Below the pieces are notes generated by a model. That model was not told the origin of the DNA. It ran no database searches and saw only the letters and a program-made list of their open reading frames with translations. A stretch of DNA of 64,000 bases. It comes from Callorhinchus milii (taxonomy: Eukaryota). Each line of letters starts with the position of its first letter. Positions within the stretch are counted from its first letter, which is position 1. Shown here piece by piece: positions 23,871 through 37,285 of this stretch. The translations under genes were made by a program, and so were the position numbers. The stretch covers positions 16,244,001-16,308,000 of the forward strand of contig NW_024704754.1 in assembly GCF_018977255.1 (NCBI RefSeq). The letters are read 5' to 3'.

Positions 23871-26289
23871 AGAATCCAGATGAATGAAGACTTGTTGCAA
23901 GCGTTGAATTCTAATGTATGTTTGCCATTCCACACCATCCCTGATCACAGCCCAGCACTTCAACCTACCCTTTTCATCTAAGAATGAAATGCTCAAAAGG
24001 CTTAGTCCAGTCCCCAGGACACCAACACGTTTTACAATTACCAAATTCGCATTTTGTTTCAAGCACCTTGATTTTATTGTGATTGGGTTTTCTGAACAAT
24101 GATGAAAACCTTGCTGTGCAACAACGGTTTTCCGACCAGCCATTTCGACCTGTTTATAGAGTTTATAGAAAAAGGAACGAGTACAAAATATCCTGATAAG
24201 AAGCGTTGATTGGCATGATTGATCTTTATCGGAAATTCATGATCCAAAGTGAGCTTCCCGAATGACCCAACGGTGTGATGTATTTTCAGTAATACAAAAT
24301 GTAGACACTGCTCAATAATCATTTATAAATTGCAACTAAATGTTTGTTTAAATATCGAATATTTCAGGAGATCAAGAGAACAAGGCAATTCTCCATTCTT
24401 TCTTTCTCTAACTGTTCCGCATTTACTGTGATTATGGTGTATTAACACACACTTAACAGTAATCTAGATTGATCAAAAGATTTCTCTAGAATTAAGTACA
24501 AGCATTTTTGTTTTGAAGCAATGTGACCTGAAAACTCCTCTGCTGACTATTGTGCTCAAGGGCAAGCTGCTAACATTAGAATTCTATGGTTGAAACAAGA
24601 CTTCATTTATCTGAATACTATAGCAATATTGTTCAATATCTGTTATTCCCCAATGTCCATTAATGCTGTTACGAAGAGAGGCATAGGGGACATCTCTCTG
24701 GTTTCTCGTGCTTCACTTTCTAAGTCAATAAAATTGGTTGAATGACATGGAGCACATCTGCAAGTGGGTCCATTGTGGTGAAATAGTGTACACACCCCCC
24801 CCCGCCCCCACCCACCGCTCCAAACTAATGGTGACAATGGGGATAAATTCTACTCTGTGTTCAACTTTGAATGGGTCCCCTTCATTGATTGCAAAAGCAA
24901 TGGTTTCAAATGGTTTATAACATCATTCATCACTTTCCAGGTTATTGCTGCATCTTTTATTCTTCCGAAATAAACTAAAGTACAGGCATCGTGTAATTTT
25001 GGTGCTGATGCTTGCATGGCCTACATACAATAAGAGCAGTCGTTGCAAAACAGCTGGCAAGCATCGAAAACGATACATAATGCTAATTGCCGTCATTGTA
25101 AAAACATATACGATGTCTCATCCTGAATCCGCCGCAGATATCTATATCAAGAAGGAGCCAAAATTTCCACGGGGGGAATGGAGGGGCCTGAAGTAACTAG
25201 AGCAGAAACAAGAGCCAGATAGCTCACTGATTCTATTCCGCAATTAACCTTGATGATCAATTCCTCCACCCCGAATTGCCAACCGGTCTTTAAATTTACA
25301 GCACAATAACGTGAGGATTTGTTCAGTGGTGAAGTGATGTGAACGATTTGCCCGGATCGAGTTTTATTTTGTATCTGACTTGGCATATAATGACAGGAGG
25401 TGCCCAGAGGCATTGGCAAGGAGAATATTGACAGTGATAGTTACCGAGAGTACAAAAGCCCCACAGAATTTCACAAAATGCTTGTCCATTACTGTAAGCA
25501 ACTACTCAAGCCCAGTTCTATATTAGTCCACACAGTGCCTGCTTACTAAGTGTACGCACCAATATCAAACCTGCTTTAATCAATTGTTCCCTTCTGCCTT
25601 CAAGGCAGGTTATGACACACGGATTGTTTTATTTGCAGAGGGACCATATGGGCTGATGCGAAGAATTCGTTGCAATGACTGTTCTGTCAGGTCTGTCTGA
25701 TCAACAAATACGCTGTCATTCAATATCTTAAAAATGTCTATTAACTGATACACTACAGAATTAGTTAAGGCAGCCAGCTTCATCTCACGCGGAAACTAAT
25801 CTTATGCATTAATCACAATTAGTGTTGCTGCACATAACTGGAATCTAATTAATGATATAATCTTTCTACCATCCATTATGGTTGATTAATCAATGCCAAC
25901 ATTTAGGGCAGTTTGTTTCTGTGCTGTATGTGAAATATTTGACATCTGCTCACTTAAGCTAAAGGTTATCCTTACCATTGAGACCCTAAATAATTACTAC
26001 CTGAATTTAGCATGCTGTAACCTGGATACACAATCTGCCTCTCACAGCAGAAGAACCAATGTTACAGAAGAGAACAATGTTGGTAATCGTGGAAGCATTA
26101 TATATATATTTTTAACAATGTGATAAAACAGGTTGGCAATGTCCTTAGTTGTCAAGATGAGCCCGTGATGCAAATACAATACAAACTTACTTTTGTATAG
26201 TACCTTTCATGTTGGGAGGACATCCCAAGGCAATGTAGTTGATTGGTTGATGCCCAGCACCCATCCATCCTTGCACTCTGCCTATTTCA

Positions 26290-26672
26290 TCAGACCTTCC
26301 AAAGCAGTTGTATTTGGGTCTCCAGAAGATATTCTCAACCTCAGTTCTCAAGTGCTATCATCAAGGCCACACCTAGAGTACTGGGTGCCATGACATTAGA
26401 AGGCTGTTTAGGCCTCAGAGCCAGTGCGGGGGAGAACATCGAGGATGATCCTCAGTGTTAACAAGAAGAGCCAGGAGAAACGATACGACAAGCTTAGGCA
26501 ACCAGGAAAGGAGATATCTCAGAGTGGACCTTGTAGAATTGTGCACAATTTCAAATGGAATTGAGAAAGCTGACCCAAACAGTACGTTCAGGTGCAAGTA
26601 GACAGTAGAACAAGAGGACATAATCGGAGAGATGCAAAGGGATAATGTCAGAGCGTACACCAGGAAGTATTA
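26290..26672 (+). mobile_element. CR1 LINE ORF2 remnant
   Basis: AGGCCACACCTAGAGTAC encodes RPHLEY, a CR1 ORF2 motif; a degenerate C-terminus follows. Confidence 0.7.
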
Positions 26673-27165
26673 GCACTTGGCTACAAAATGCACAGGCACT
26701 GCACTCTGCAGTAAATCCAGTGAAGTGCATTGTGATGTCCTCCTGATGTATGTGAAAAGCACGATATCAAATACAAGGCGTAGGATGATTATCAGTTTTG
26801 AGGACTGGTACAGGTCACCAGGAAGCTCTGGCTTAGGTTCCAGCAGTATTCCTGACACACACAGGGCACGCACAGCATCACATCCCGCCCGGTCAATAAA
26901 CAACCATGTGCTGTTATGCTGTCATGTGCGAGTTGGCTTAAAAGGAGTTCTGGCAGATCTTGTCTCATTAAAATAAAAAAAAAGTAGGCTGTAGTCTTTT
27001 CTCAATACTATATTACAAGCATCACCGGCAGCAGGCTGGCAGGCCGATCAGCCCTAGACTGTATGTGTCACAGGGAGATCGATTGAAGAAAAGCAGCAAG
27101 CATAAATAGCCTTGCGTGATATACAAAACCAAATGCACCAATGCATGAGACATATCTGCTTATCT

Positions 27166-27558
27166 GGACTCCTGTAGCGTGTTGGTTTAGAGCACTCGCC
27201 TCACAAGTGAGAGGACCCGGGTTCGTTTCCCGAAAACCTAGGCAAGTTTCCTCACTCAACAAGCCGGTCTTTACCTAGCGGTAAGTAGGAACCCGGTTGT
27301 TAGTTAATTGGCAGGTCGCTTTTCCGGGGGTAATAATTCCTTCAACACAAATAAATAAATAAATAAATAAATGATAATATGGTAACTCAATCCATGACTG
27401 TTTGTGGGACGCTGCTGTGCCCAATTGGCAGCCGCATTTCGTACAAAAGTACACAATCAAATTCACTTTACAGTACAATTGTGTGAAGTGCTTTGCGACG
27501 TCCCAACCATGTGATCAGTTTGCTGTGTCAAAATCAAGGATTATCATTTATTAATTAT
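27166..27558 (+). mobile_element. Main-family SINE, full length, with internal (AAAT)n expansion
   Basis: Head, body and tail present; (AAAT)n at ~27349-27370. Confidence 0.9.
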
Positions 27559-29019
27559 CACGATAACACACCCAAAAGTAAAACCAAATCTTAACAATCT
27601 TTTGTGAGATGTTTTTGAAACAAAACAGTGCATCGGTCAACGGAAGGTTAAAATGGCCACTTCAGTCAACGCAGGATTCAAAATACTATTGCTAACCTGA
27701 ACCGGTGTGTATGATTGCCAAGTACGTACTTCACAAACCCACTGCAAAATGTTTTATTTTTACCCGCGACACACTTTACGATTCTTGTCAGTTTGAAGGC
27801 AAAAAAAAATCAAAATACTTTCGTTCCAAAATATATGTCTGCACCCTCATCTCCATTGCTTAAATGCACAAGGTAATCAAGCACGTTGTCCTTGTGTTTG
27901 TACTTTTCCAGAATAATGCTTCGGGCCATTAATTTAGCCTTTGAAACACGGGACGTGCCTCCACTTTCCTGCGCAATCTCCCTTCAAGACTGAAACCAGC
28001 GCTCGTGCTTCAACTGAACCAAAAAGGATTTGGCCTTGGCAATCTCTTAGCTCAGTCAGTGATCATCAGCTATTCATCCATGGGTAGAATAAAGCTGTCT
28101 ACAAATGTCCAATAGCTTCTAAAACTATTTTTCTTCAGTGCCTCTAATACCAGCGTGTTTCAATTAAGGGCAACTTGTTAGGCAGCCGAAATAGCCAAGT
28201 GCAGGGTACAGTGGATAAATGTGACAATTCATTCACATCAGGTATTCTCGTCGATTGCTGTACATTGGTGCATTGGCTGCAAACTGGGTCAAGACTTTGC
28301 ACCTTCCACAGGAGAGAAGCTGATACCCGTGGGCACCAGCGACGGAGAAAGGTGTTGATATTTGCTGGTCTGGAATCACGGGCAGCGGCTGTGTGAGGGC
28401 GAAGAATTGATGCTCAAACCGGTCTGCGCATGCCTCAGTGGAAATGCCACACAGCATCTGTATGAATCGGGCACCGGTGCCAGAGGGCGAAGTGTGTCAG
28501 TGCGCTCACTTTTACTGCAGTTTCAGGGTTGATTGGCACAATCACAGCTGGTCACACAGCTTGTTACAGTTTGAACAGTTTCAGGCATTTGGTTACCAGA
28601 TTCAATGTAGATGTGTACTGGGTCGCTGACGATTAACCTATCCACTCAGGATAAATTGTGAATACATATTCTCAATTGCTCAGTTTTCCCTTCCAGCCGC
28701 ATTCAGTAAATTCACATGGTGTTGTGTGGTTTATAGATTAGTAAATATGCTGAACGCACTGTTTGCAGTATATTCCAATGAGGATAAATGATCTGATTAT
28801 TCCTCAAGTGAAATACGATGGCTCTCCCACCCCCCCCACCCCAACCCTCCTTCTCGTATGTAGTGGTGACTTGCATGCTGTACGTGCAATAGAAAATAGG
28901 ATGAAATAGTGCAGAATCGCACAAGATTACAAGAGAGGTTCAGATGAGAAACCATCATCATCTTTGGCCCATTTTATCTTCTCACTCTCAAATCCCCAAC
29001 CTGCCACCACAGAATTGAG

Positions 29020-29250
29020 GTGATTTACAAAAAAAAATAAGTCCATTATCCTAGCCTCAACCAGCCTTCCGAGTAACCTGTTCCTGTTGCTAATTACACT
29101 CTGGGTAAAGAAAGACTTACTGGTGCCTGGCCTGAAATTCCCTTTGCAAATCTAAGCCTAATTCCTCTTGTTCTGCTGTCTTGATGCATTCAAACGTTTC
29201 AAACGGTGGGGGGTGGGGGTTAACTTTCTCAATCCCATTTAAAATTGTTT
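29020..29250 (-). mobile_element. CR1 3' fragment
   Basis: ACTCTGGGTAAAGAAAGACTTACTGGTGCCTGGCCTGAAATT, similar to 6750-6800. Confidence 0.6.
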
Positions 29251-30269
29251 CCGCGTACGTTAGGGGAAATATGGATGAAATGGCACAGAATTAAAATCAG
29301 GGATACACAGCTAGGAAAACATGCCTTATTGGTAATATGAGTGCAATGACTCCCTTATTGACCTTGTGGGTCAAGGTAAACCAATACGGACTAAAAGGCC
29401 GTAGATTCTGTTCCCAGTTGGCGCACCTGTGACTCCATATCACAGCATAGGTCGTACTCTTCATAACAGGGAAATAAAATTACAAAGATAATCATTAATA
29501 ATTCAATATGTCCTGTGCCAAAGAACTGCTGGCATCTGTAGAACAAGCAGGTCCCACAGATATCAATTCAAGGGGACCTCTCATAAACATCTCTCGTCTC
29601 CTCTCTAGATATAACCCGCAACAGAATCATTGGGGAAAAGAAATGTATTAACCCCCATTGTGACCTGTGTGAGCCAAGTGGGAAAATGTGAAATGGTGAT
29701 CTGACCCGAGCAGCACTGAAAACAAGAATAAAACAGATCAATTCATCACGTCTAATCCTCTGCACATCAAGATACCGTTGTCAATGACAGTCTGTCCGTG
29801 TGGTCATTTGATACCCAGACTTATGAAGTTATACTCTAATCTCAGGACCCGTATTATCATCAGTGTGCGTTGTGGAATTTTACTGTGACATGACTGTGTT
29901 GATCTGACTATTGTGTGTGGATTTATTTGAACCACATGAATAATGGCATCCATTATGCACTATGTATAAACTGCACATGTGTACAGAAAAAATTACAGAT
30001 GCCCTTAATTAAGGATTGAACTTATGAAAGTGATCTATTATGAAATTAGTGACAATCCTTTTTCACTGGTTCTTAATTTAACTAATGCCTGTAATTTCTT
30101 CTGTACACATTTTTTTGTGGGACGTGTAATGCACATGGATTACAGATGGTACATAACAGACCTCCAGTGTAATTTCATTCAGTGGATTTTAAGGTTGAAC
30201 ATTTAAGGCAAATGGCCAAGATCAAATTAAATGATGTGTTCCTCCTACAGCTGTTAACAAAACATGTTT

Positions 30270-30600
30270 ACAACAACAACTTGCATTCAAATAGCTCCCT
30301 TCACAAGAGCAGTAACTCGGAGCGCTTAACAGCGGTGTGGTTTGACACTGACCTGGAAAGAAAGTGAGGTGACTGAAGGCACGCTTGAAGAGGTAAGTCT
30401 TCAGATGTGATTTGAAGATGGGCAAAGAGGGGTCAAAGCATGGCGGCAAATGGTAGAGTGAAGGGAATGAGGACTCGCAGAAAATCCAAGCCAGTTGAGT
30501 GAAGGTTAACGGGTAGTGGGGAGGATGGGCGTGAGCAGATCGGGGAGGTCGGGAGGGTGTGCGGTGATTTGAATAGTGAGAGTGAGGATCTTGTTGTGGG
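30270..30600 (-). mobile_element. L2 LINE 3' end
   Basis: The minus frame reads SLPIFKSHLKTYLFKRAF (L2 ORF2 C-terminus); (CAA)n tail. Confidence 0.8.
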
Positions 30601-30786
30601 GACAATAATAAGGATTGACATGTTATTGTTTACCAATGAAAAAATTATTGTCTTCATCAAGCGACTTGTCTTCATAAATTTCAACTTACTGAACGTGAAC
30701 TGTGAATGTAGACGTGGAATGGAGAACTGCAGAGATTGTGTTATGGTTGCAGTTGGGACACACTAATCTTGGATATTACAGATGCG

Positions 30787-30787
30787 N
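30787..30787. other. Ambiguous base (n), assembly uncertainty
   Basis: Single 'n' in the sequence. Confidence 0.95.
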
Positions 30788-31667
30788 AAAAAAATACTCT
30801 CCGGAGTGCCATGTGGAATGGAAAAATGCCTGCAATTAAAGCGTTTTTTAATCATTTTATACGGCTTGTTTTTATTGGTATTCATGTGCAATAAATGGTA
30901 AAATTTTAATGAAATTACAAAGCATTGTCTGCACTGAGACAAACCTCAGAAACAAGCGTCCAATTCAATTGTTGAATCTCATGGGGTTAAACCCCATCCC
31001 ATGTATTTAGGTTTAATAGAATACATGGGATGAAGCCTTTCAAGTTCATTCTACCGGCACTAAATTTCTAGCGTTCCCCATTGGAGTAGGGTTCCATTGG
31101 ACAAGTCTGTTTCCTCTTCTTTCCAATGTCTGCTCTTCCAAGGATCAAATATTCAACAACTGTTGTGTTTTGTGGCACTCAGTCCACTAAGAGTAGATAT
31201 TCCGACTGGGTCTAAACTTATTCTAGTTTCACAGCATATCAGAACATCCAGAATTTTATAGATTCTTAAACACAGAGCTTATTTTCAAAGCCCGCCGGCT
31301 ATAAGTTCTTTTAACGAGTGCTGGAACAACGACATCACCGAATTCAACAATTTGCCAAATTCTGGGACGGTCTGAAATGTTGCCTAAATACAATCAGCCG
31401 CAGCTTGAGTGGAAATTTCTCCCCCAAAGTGCAGCCACATCTATTTTGAAGGATTTTAAAAGTCTCACCGCTTTTTTGGATAAAAAAAGGTACAACTTTT
31501 TTTCAGCGCCTTCCATTTTAGTTCAGAATAATCTGGAATTATACAGCCAAATAGCCTGTTCAGCGTAGCATTAAAAACCGGTCATTTGACCCAGCCAGAC
31601 CCTGCTAGTGGTCTATACTCCACACAAGCCTCCACCTTTCTATTCCCTTCTCGCTCACGTGCACGGA

Positions 31668-31806
31668 GAGTGTGCATTCCATTCCAAATTGGGAAATTTC
31701 CATGTGTAAATGGGATATATGGAAATTTCAGTCTGGTTTCGATAACATTAACTATGGTGATGGGTTTCCAAGTGTGTCAGACGCCCGGCTGACCGAAACA
31801 AAAAAA
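31668..31806 (+). mobile_element. Family X 3' part
   Basis: TGCATTCCATTCCAA...GGTGATGGGTTTCCAAGTGTGTCAGACGCCCGGCTGACC plus A tail. Confidence 0.72.
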
Positions 31807-31879
31807 GTCTGCCAATTGCTGAACGAAAATTGACAAAAGAATTGGTTTACTTTACACCATTTGGTTTGGAAATATTACT

Positions 31880-32046
31880 AATCATAATACTCCGTGCATT
31901 TGATATAGCGCCTTATCACGTCGTTGAGACGTCTCAAAGCGCTTCACAGGATATACTGTAAAGTGAATTGACTGTGTATTTTGTGGGCGAATGGCTGCCG
32001 GCAATTGCACACACGAGTGTCCCACAAACAGTCGTGGATTGAGTGA
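31880..32046 (-). mobile_element. Main-family SINE 3' half
   Basis: Close match to the family tail and body. Confidence 0.88.
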
Positions 32047-32394
32047 ATCGCACAACTTTATTGGGATTCAACCGGGTAAGTTTTCTTATAGAACTGACGA
32101 AACATAGTGAAAATCTGGTGGCGCTGATAGCTTTGCAAAGTAACCACATTATTCACACCTACATTTGCCGTCCTTTGATTTGTTTCAAAGTGTTTGGTCT
32201 CAGCGAATCCGTACTCTAAATATATTTGCTCATTTTTATAGATTTGTGAACACCATGAATTTTCTTTTCAAAAACAAGATTTTTAAAATAATTTCATCAA
32301 TATCCATAAATGTCACAGAAGGCTGAAAGACTTCCAAAAGAAATGAGTGATGGAACAGTGGAGAGTAAGTAGTGAAAACTGCACTAATTACAGA

Positions 32395-32738
32395 TTGCTC
32401 CTCCCTACCTCTGCAAACTCCTTACCCCCTACCATCTTGCTCGCTCCCTCCGCTCAGCGGGCTCCAGCCTGCTTCATGACGCCCCCAACTTCTGCCACTC
32501 TGCCCCCACCCTTTGGAAGTCCATCCTGCAGTCCCTCCACCTTGCCCCCTCCCTTGCCTCCTTCAAGATGCATCTCAAGACCCTCCTCTTCGACCGTGCT
32601 TTCGATCACACTGCTTCCCCCCCTCCCCACTGCCCTCCATCCTTCCCAATCCTGACTCCCAGCTCGGGTCCGAAACACTGACTTTGGGACATCCTTCCGA
32701 CGTGAAAGGCGCTATACAAATGTACCGTTGTTGTTGTA
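32395..32738 (+). mobile_element. L2 LINE 3' end
   Basis: Frame reads APTLWKSILQSLHLAPSLASFKMHLKTLLFDRAF; tail CGTGAAAGGCGCTATACAAATG..(TTG)n. Confidence 0.85.
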
Positions 32739-32929
32739 ATGTTAATCCTAGACTTCATTATCAGAAGTTAAATCACAGGATGGCAGTGTACACCTGGATT
32801 AAGAGTTGCCAGTTGAGTTACAACCACCCATATAGAACCAAACCAAATTTACAGCACCAGAAGAAGGCCATTTGGCTGTTTGAGTCTGTTGCTGGCTCTT
32901 TTTAAAGAGAAATCCATTCAGTCTCATTT

Positions 32930-33125
32930 ACAACAACAAATTACATTTACACAGCGACTTTCATGTCGGGAGGACGCCCCAAAGCGCTGGACAGTCAAGG
33001 ATCTGCCCCCGAGCTGGGGATTGGGTTCCAGAAGGATGGAGGTTAGGGAGGGTGGGGGGGTAGAAGGGTGACCGAAGACACTGTCGAAGAAGAAGGTCTT
33101 GAGATGGGTCTTGAAGGAGGCAAGA
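32930..33125 (-). mobile_element. L2 LINE 3' end
   Basis: The minus frame reads LASFKTHLKTFFFDSVFGH; (CAA)n tail. Confidence 0.85.
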
Positions 33126-33149
33126 GTGGTAAATAATATGTGCCTGCCC

Positions 33150-33470
33150 TTTCCCCTTACCTCTTTCATTCAATTACTCCTACATAGATATTTATCTCGT
33201 TCCTCTTTTAAAAGCTACTGTAGATTCTGCCTCAACCACCACTCCCAGGCAGGTCATTCCATGTCTTAACTACTCTGTGCGTGGATAAAACTTCTGCTAA
33301 CCTCCCAATTTGCTCATTCGCTAACTATCTTAAACTGACGCCCTCCAGTCGCTGATGACTTGCTTGCATCTCAGAGTGAGGTCCTCACAGAAAATCACGG
33401 GATCGTTTCGGAGGCAGAAGGCCCTTCAGTCAGCCCCCCTTGATCTCATCCTTCCAGAAGGCCCACCCTA
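33150..33470 (-). mobile_element. CR1 3' fragments
   Basis: TCTGCCTCAACCACCACTCCCAGGCAGGTCATTCCATGTCTTAACTACTCTG and a CR1-tail-like GAGGCAGAAGGCCCTTCAGTC. Confidence 0.6.
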
Positions 33471-34794
33471 CCGTCTCCCCACCACACACCCAATATTAAC
33501 CCTTGCCATCCCACAACATTGCATCTTGTATTCACCTCCGGTTCCTCTCCGTTTGAGTTCCTGCCTACCATCTAGCTCTCGACAACTCCACTCAGCCATT
33601 TATCTGTCAGGTTTATGGAGAAAGTCCTCAGGAGACCTTCTCTCTAAGGGTCGGAGAGATTTGATATTCAAACCTCCTGCCCAGAGCCTTCAAACACTCG
33701 TTAAACTCATATGTCATAATCCGGGCACATAGTTTGGTCTCTGTTGATACCTACATCTCAGCTCGAGGGAATTTAACAAAAAGTCTTGCAGCTAGCTCAT
33801 ATGGAAAGTAAACAGCAGGAACAAACTGAAGGAAGTTAAAAGAAAAGAGTTTAAACCTTTATATCGTCAGCCAATGTTACGTGAGAGTACTGACTGTCAA
33901 GCTCTCAGCAAACCGGTCTGTTCATTTGCCCACAAAATATACAGTCACTCCACTTTACAATATGTTCTGGAAAGCACTTTGAGTCGTGTCACCGACGTGA
34001 TAAGGCCCTACATCAAATACAAGGATTATTATTAATTGACTTTCAGATTGCAGGAGGAAAGAGCAACTCGATATTATTGCATTGTGGCAGACCAGAATAA
34101 ATATACTCTGAGAGAATTAATGACTTTTACCCTTTTTTTTTACTGCTCAGGAGCCAAATCAATCAACAATTTAGATTTACAAAGTGTCTTCCAGCTAAAA
34201 TCCTATTTATTTGACATCCCGTTAGTTTTGTTACAGGAGTGCAGCTGCCGTTAAACAAACCTGTTTTGCTGTTGTTCTGACAGTAACTAATCTACTGCAC
34301 TCACATCCACGAAAAAATCCAGAATGTAATACAATTACTGTCCCTCTAAGTGAGTTTATTTCTTCCTGAATGTAAACATTCCTGCTTTGACAGAAGATCT
34401 GCCCAATGAATGCGATGGGGAAAAAAAATGAGTTTGATATGGCACCTTTCACGTCGGGGGAACGTCTCAAAGCGCTTCACCAGGATTTTAACTTAAAAGT
34501 GTAGTGACTGGGCATTGTGTTGGTGAACATCTTCAGGTTTCTTGGATTTGGAAGATGGCACTGGCAGATAATCTCTTTGATCTATCCTTCCCTCGTCATG
34601 ACCTCTAAGGTGCCTAGTCATGCACCTTAGTTATTATTTTCAGTGAAAAATCAATAGCAACCAATCTCAATCAATCGCAGAACTATCTTCAGATCATATC
34701 AGGCATTTGGTAGGAATCTAGGAGGGATGGAGGGAGGAAGGGAGTGATTTGCAATCCAGAAAAAGGGGATATTCTAAAATCAGAGTTGAATTCG

Positions 34795-35084
34795 AATAAT
34801 CACGCCTTTCATGTCGGGATGATATCTCAAAGCGCTTCACAGGATTTTACTGTAAAGTTTTGTGACTGTATATTTGTGGGCGAACGTGGCAGCCAATTGC
34901 ACACAGCAAACAGTCGTAGATTGAAAATGACCAATTTATTATTGTTTTGGGTTTTTTAGGGATTATTATTATTAGGCTCTGTGTGGAGTAAGGAAACTTG
35001 CCCAAGGTTTCGCCCTCTGCGGGAATTGAACTCAGGTCTCTCGCTTGCAAAGCGAGTGCTCTAACCACTGAGTTACGGGACTCC
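34795..35084 (-). mobile_element. Young SINE subfamily copy, embedded in an older SINE remnant
   Basis: Has the same central deletion and diagnostic CGTAGATTGAAAATGACC as 8791-9110. Confidence 0.88.
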
Positions 35085-37029
35085 GATGAACACAGCAGCC
35101 AATTTGCGTATTGTTGATGTCCCACGAACAACCAGGAATGAAATGACCAGATTAACGGGAGGTTTTGTTGGCCAGGAGGAAGTAACAGGGATTTTAAGCA
35201 CCTATCTTCTGTCTTACCTCAACGTTCTTGGATACATGTCATCCGGCCCTTGTGACTAGTCTATTTTTTCCACTATATCCACTGCCGTCGACCGTTACTG
35301 AACTGATTAACATATCAAATCCAGTCTCCTGTCCCTCACTACAAAATTAGCTTTCTTATAAGTTTAATTCAAAACTAAATGAAAACGACGTGTCTGCAAT
35401 CACTCCACGTCAGAACACTTAACAGTCCAGCAGTTTATTAAACAGGCACTTAAAATCAGCCACAGAGACCAACGCTCATCTATTTTGCTATTCAATTGGT
35501 TGCTGGGTTACTCGAAATGATGTTTACAGTTCAACTTTTTAAAAAAGAGAATAATTTAGCAGAAATTGGTTTCACTTGAAACTTGGGAACAGGAATCCGA
35601 AATTCAGCTTCAATTTCAGGCGTCTTGACTCGTTTCAAAGACCGACATTAATCCCCACTTTGGGTTTTTGATTGGTTCAGGCACCCCCGCAGCTAACATT
35701 TGAATCAGTGCCTTAATCCAAAGCATTTACTTCTGCCAAACCAGAGCCTCACCAGGATCCTACATGAACACATCCCAACTTGAAAGGAAACTTCAAGATG
35801 CCTCCAATTTAATACACAGAGCCATTCCTCCAATGTCTCATTCCCAGCACTAATTTACTTCCACCTTTTCATTTGCACGGTGAAAAGAGGTTTCAAACTT
35901 GATATCTTCCACTGCTTTGCTGCAAGCCGCTATCGATTGCTGTGACAGAGGTTGTTAGCAGAGTCGTCTCTCTGGATCGCAATGTCACACTGCTTGCTGC
36001 CTTGCAGAGATGACCTGGAAATCCACTTCTGTTTATTTTCATTCACCCCCAAAAAATAGACAGTCACTCAACTTTACAGTAAATCCTGCAAAGCACTTTG
36101 AGAAGTCCTCCTGACGTGAATTTACCCAATACATGGACTGTATGAAATGTAAGGATTATTTTACAATCAGTTTAACATCGGGGACCAGAATAGTCATTAA
36201 TGCATCCACAGAACTCTTTAGTTTTCTATGCCTGTAAAACACTGATTGCACAAATGTTCTAAATTAAATCGTTTAGATGATTTTTGCACTTTCCCAGGAC
36301 ACGATATTCAGGGAGAAACATAAGCCAGGATCGGAAAATTGGGGACCAGCCTCTCTACCTAAGTTTGAAACTCTCTTCTCTTTTGACACTAAAATGATAA
36401 CACATCCAAATGCAAAAAAATGAAAATCAATCAATTCAGAAGGATGGATATCATAGGACAGTTCAGGTCATCACAAAAAAAATGACATTTGTATAGCAGC
36501 TTTCACGTCGGGAGGATGTCTCAAAACACCTTTCACATCAGGGGGACATTGCAAAGTAGAAACGCAAAAACTAAAAACTCAAAAGAGGTTCCTGCTGTAA
36601 TGCTAAATCCTTTCGCTGAACCCTGTGTCTACAAATTAAGGTAACGTTATTCCTGTGAATCTGTCATACATAAAAATGAGAAGACAGATGGAGAGTCTTT
36701 AATTAATAAACACAGATGTGCAGGCAAGAGAAAGTTGGATTTCTGCGAGGATTAGTAACCTCCACAGCAGGGAGCTCGAGGGAATTTGGTCCCTTCGAGC
36801 TGGCTTTTCCTCGACGAAACTGAATTCATCTCACACGTGCACAGAAGGACACCTTAAAACGACTGTTTATGGGACTCTGCTGTGCCCAAGTGGATGCTGC
36901 GTTTCGCCCACAAAATACAGTCAATCCACTTCATAAAATATTTTGTGAAGAATTCACAAAATTCATCTCAAAAACGTGCTGAAGTGCGACATTAAAGGCA
37001 AGGATTAATATTATTGTTAATAACCAATT

Positions 37030-37285
37030 TGAGTTGGTGGTGCTCTTGCCTCTGAGTGAGCAGGTGCAAGCCCCGCGGCGGGACTTTGAACTCACAGGAT
37101 CTGGACTGGCATTCCAATCCAGTTCTGGGGGAGCGCTTCTGTTGTTGGAGGTGCCATCCTCAAGAGAAATTATACTGAGGTCCCCTCTGCCTGTTCATGG
37201 TGGATGTTCAAGACCCCATGAGTCAATTGGGAAAGAGAAGGGAGTTTCTCCTGGTGTCCGAGCGAACAATCCCTCAAATAAAATT
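37030..37285 (+). mobile_element. Deu-domain SINE remnant
   Basis: TTGGTGGTGCTCTTGCCTCTGAGT head; GGTGGATGTTCAAGACCCCATG...GGAGTTTCTCCTGGTGTCC. Confidence 0.72.

Noticed and set aside
23436-23981. Longest ORF (181 aa)
   Set aside because: It is antisense to a decayed CR1 remnant, has a non-ATG start and shows no recognisable domain.
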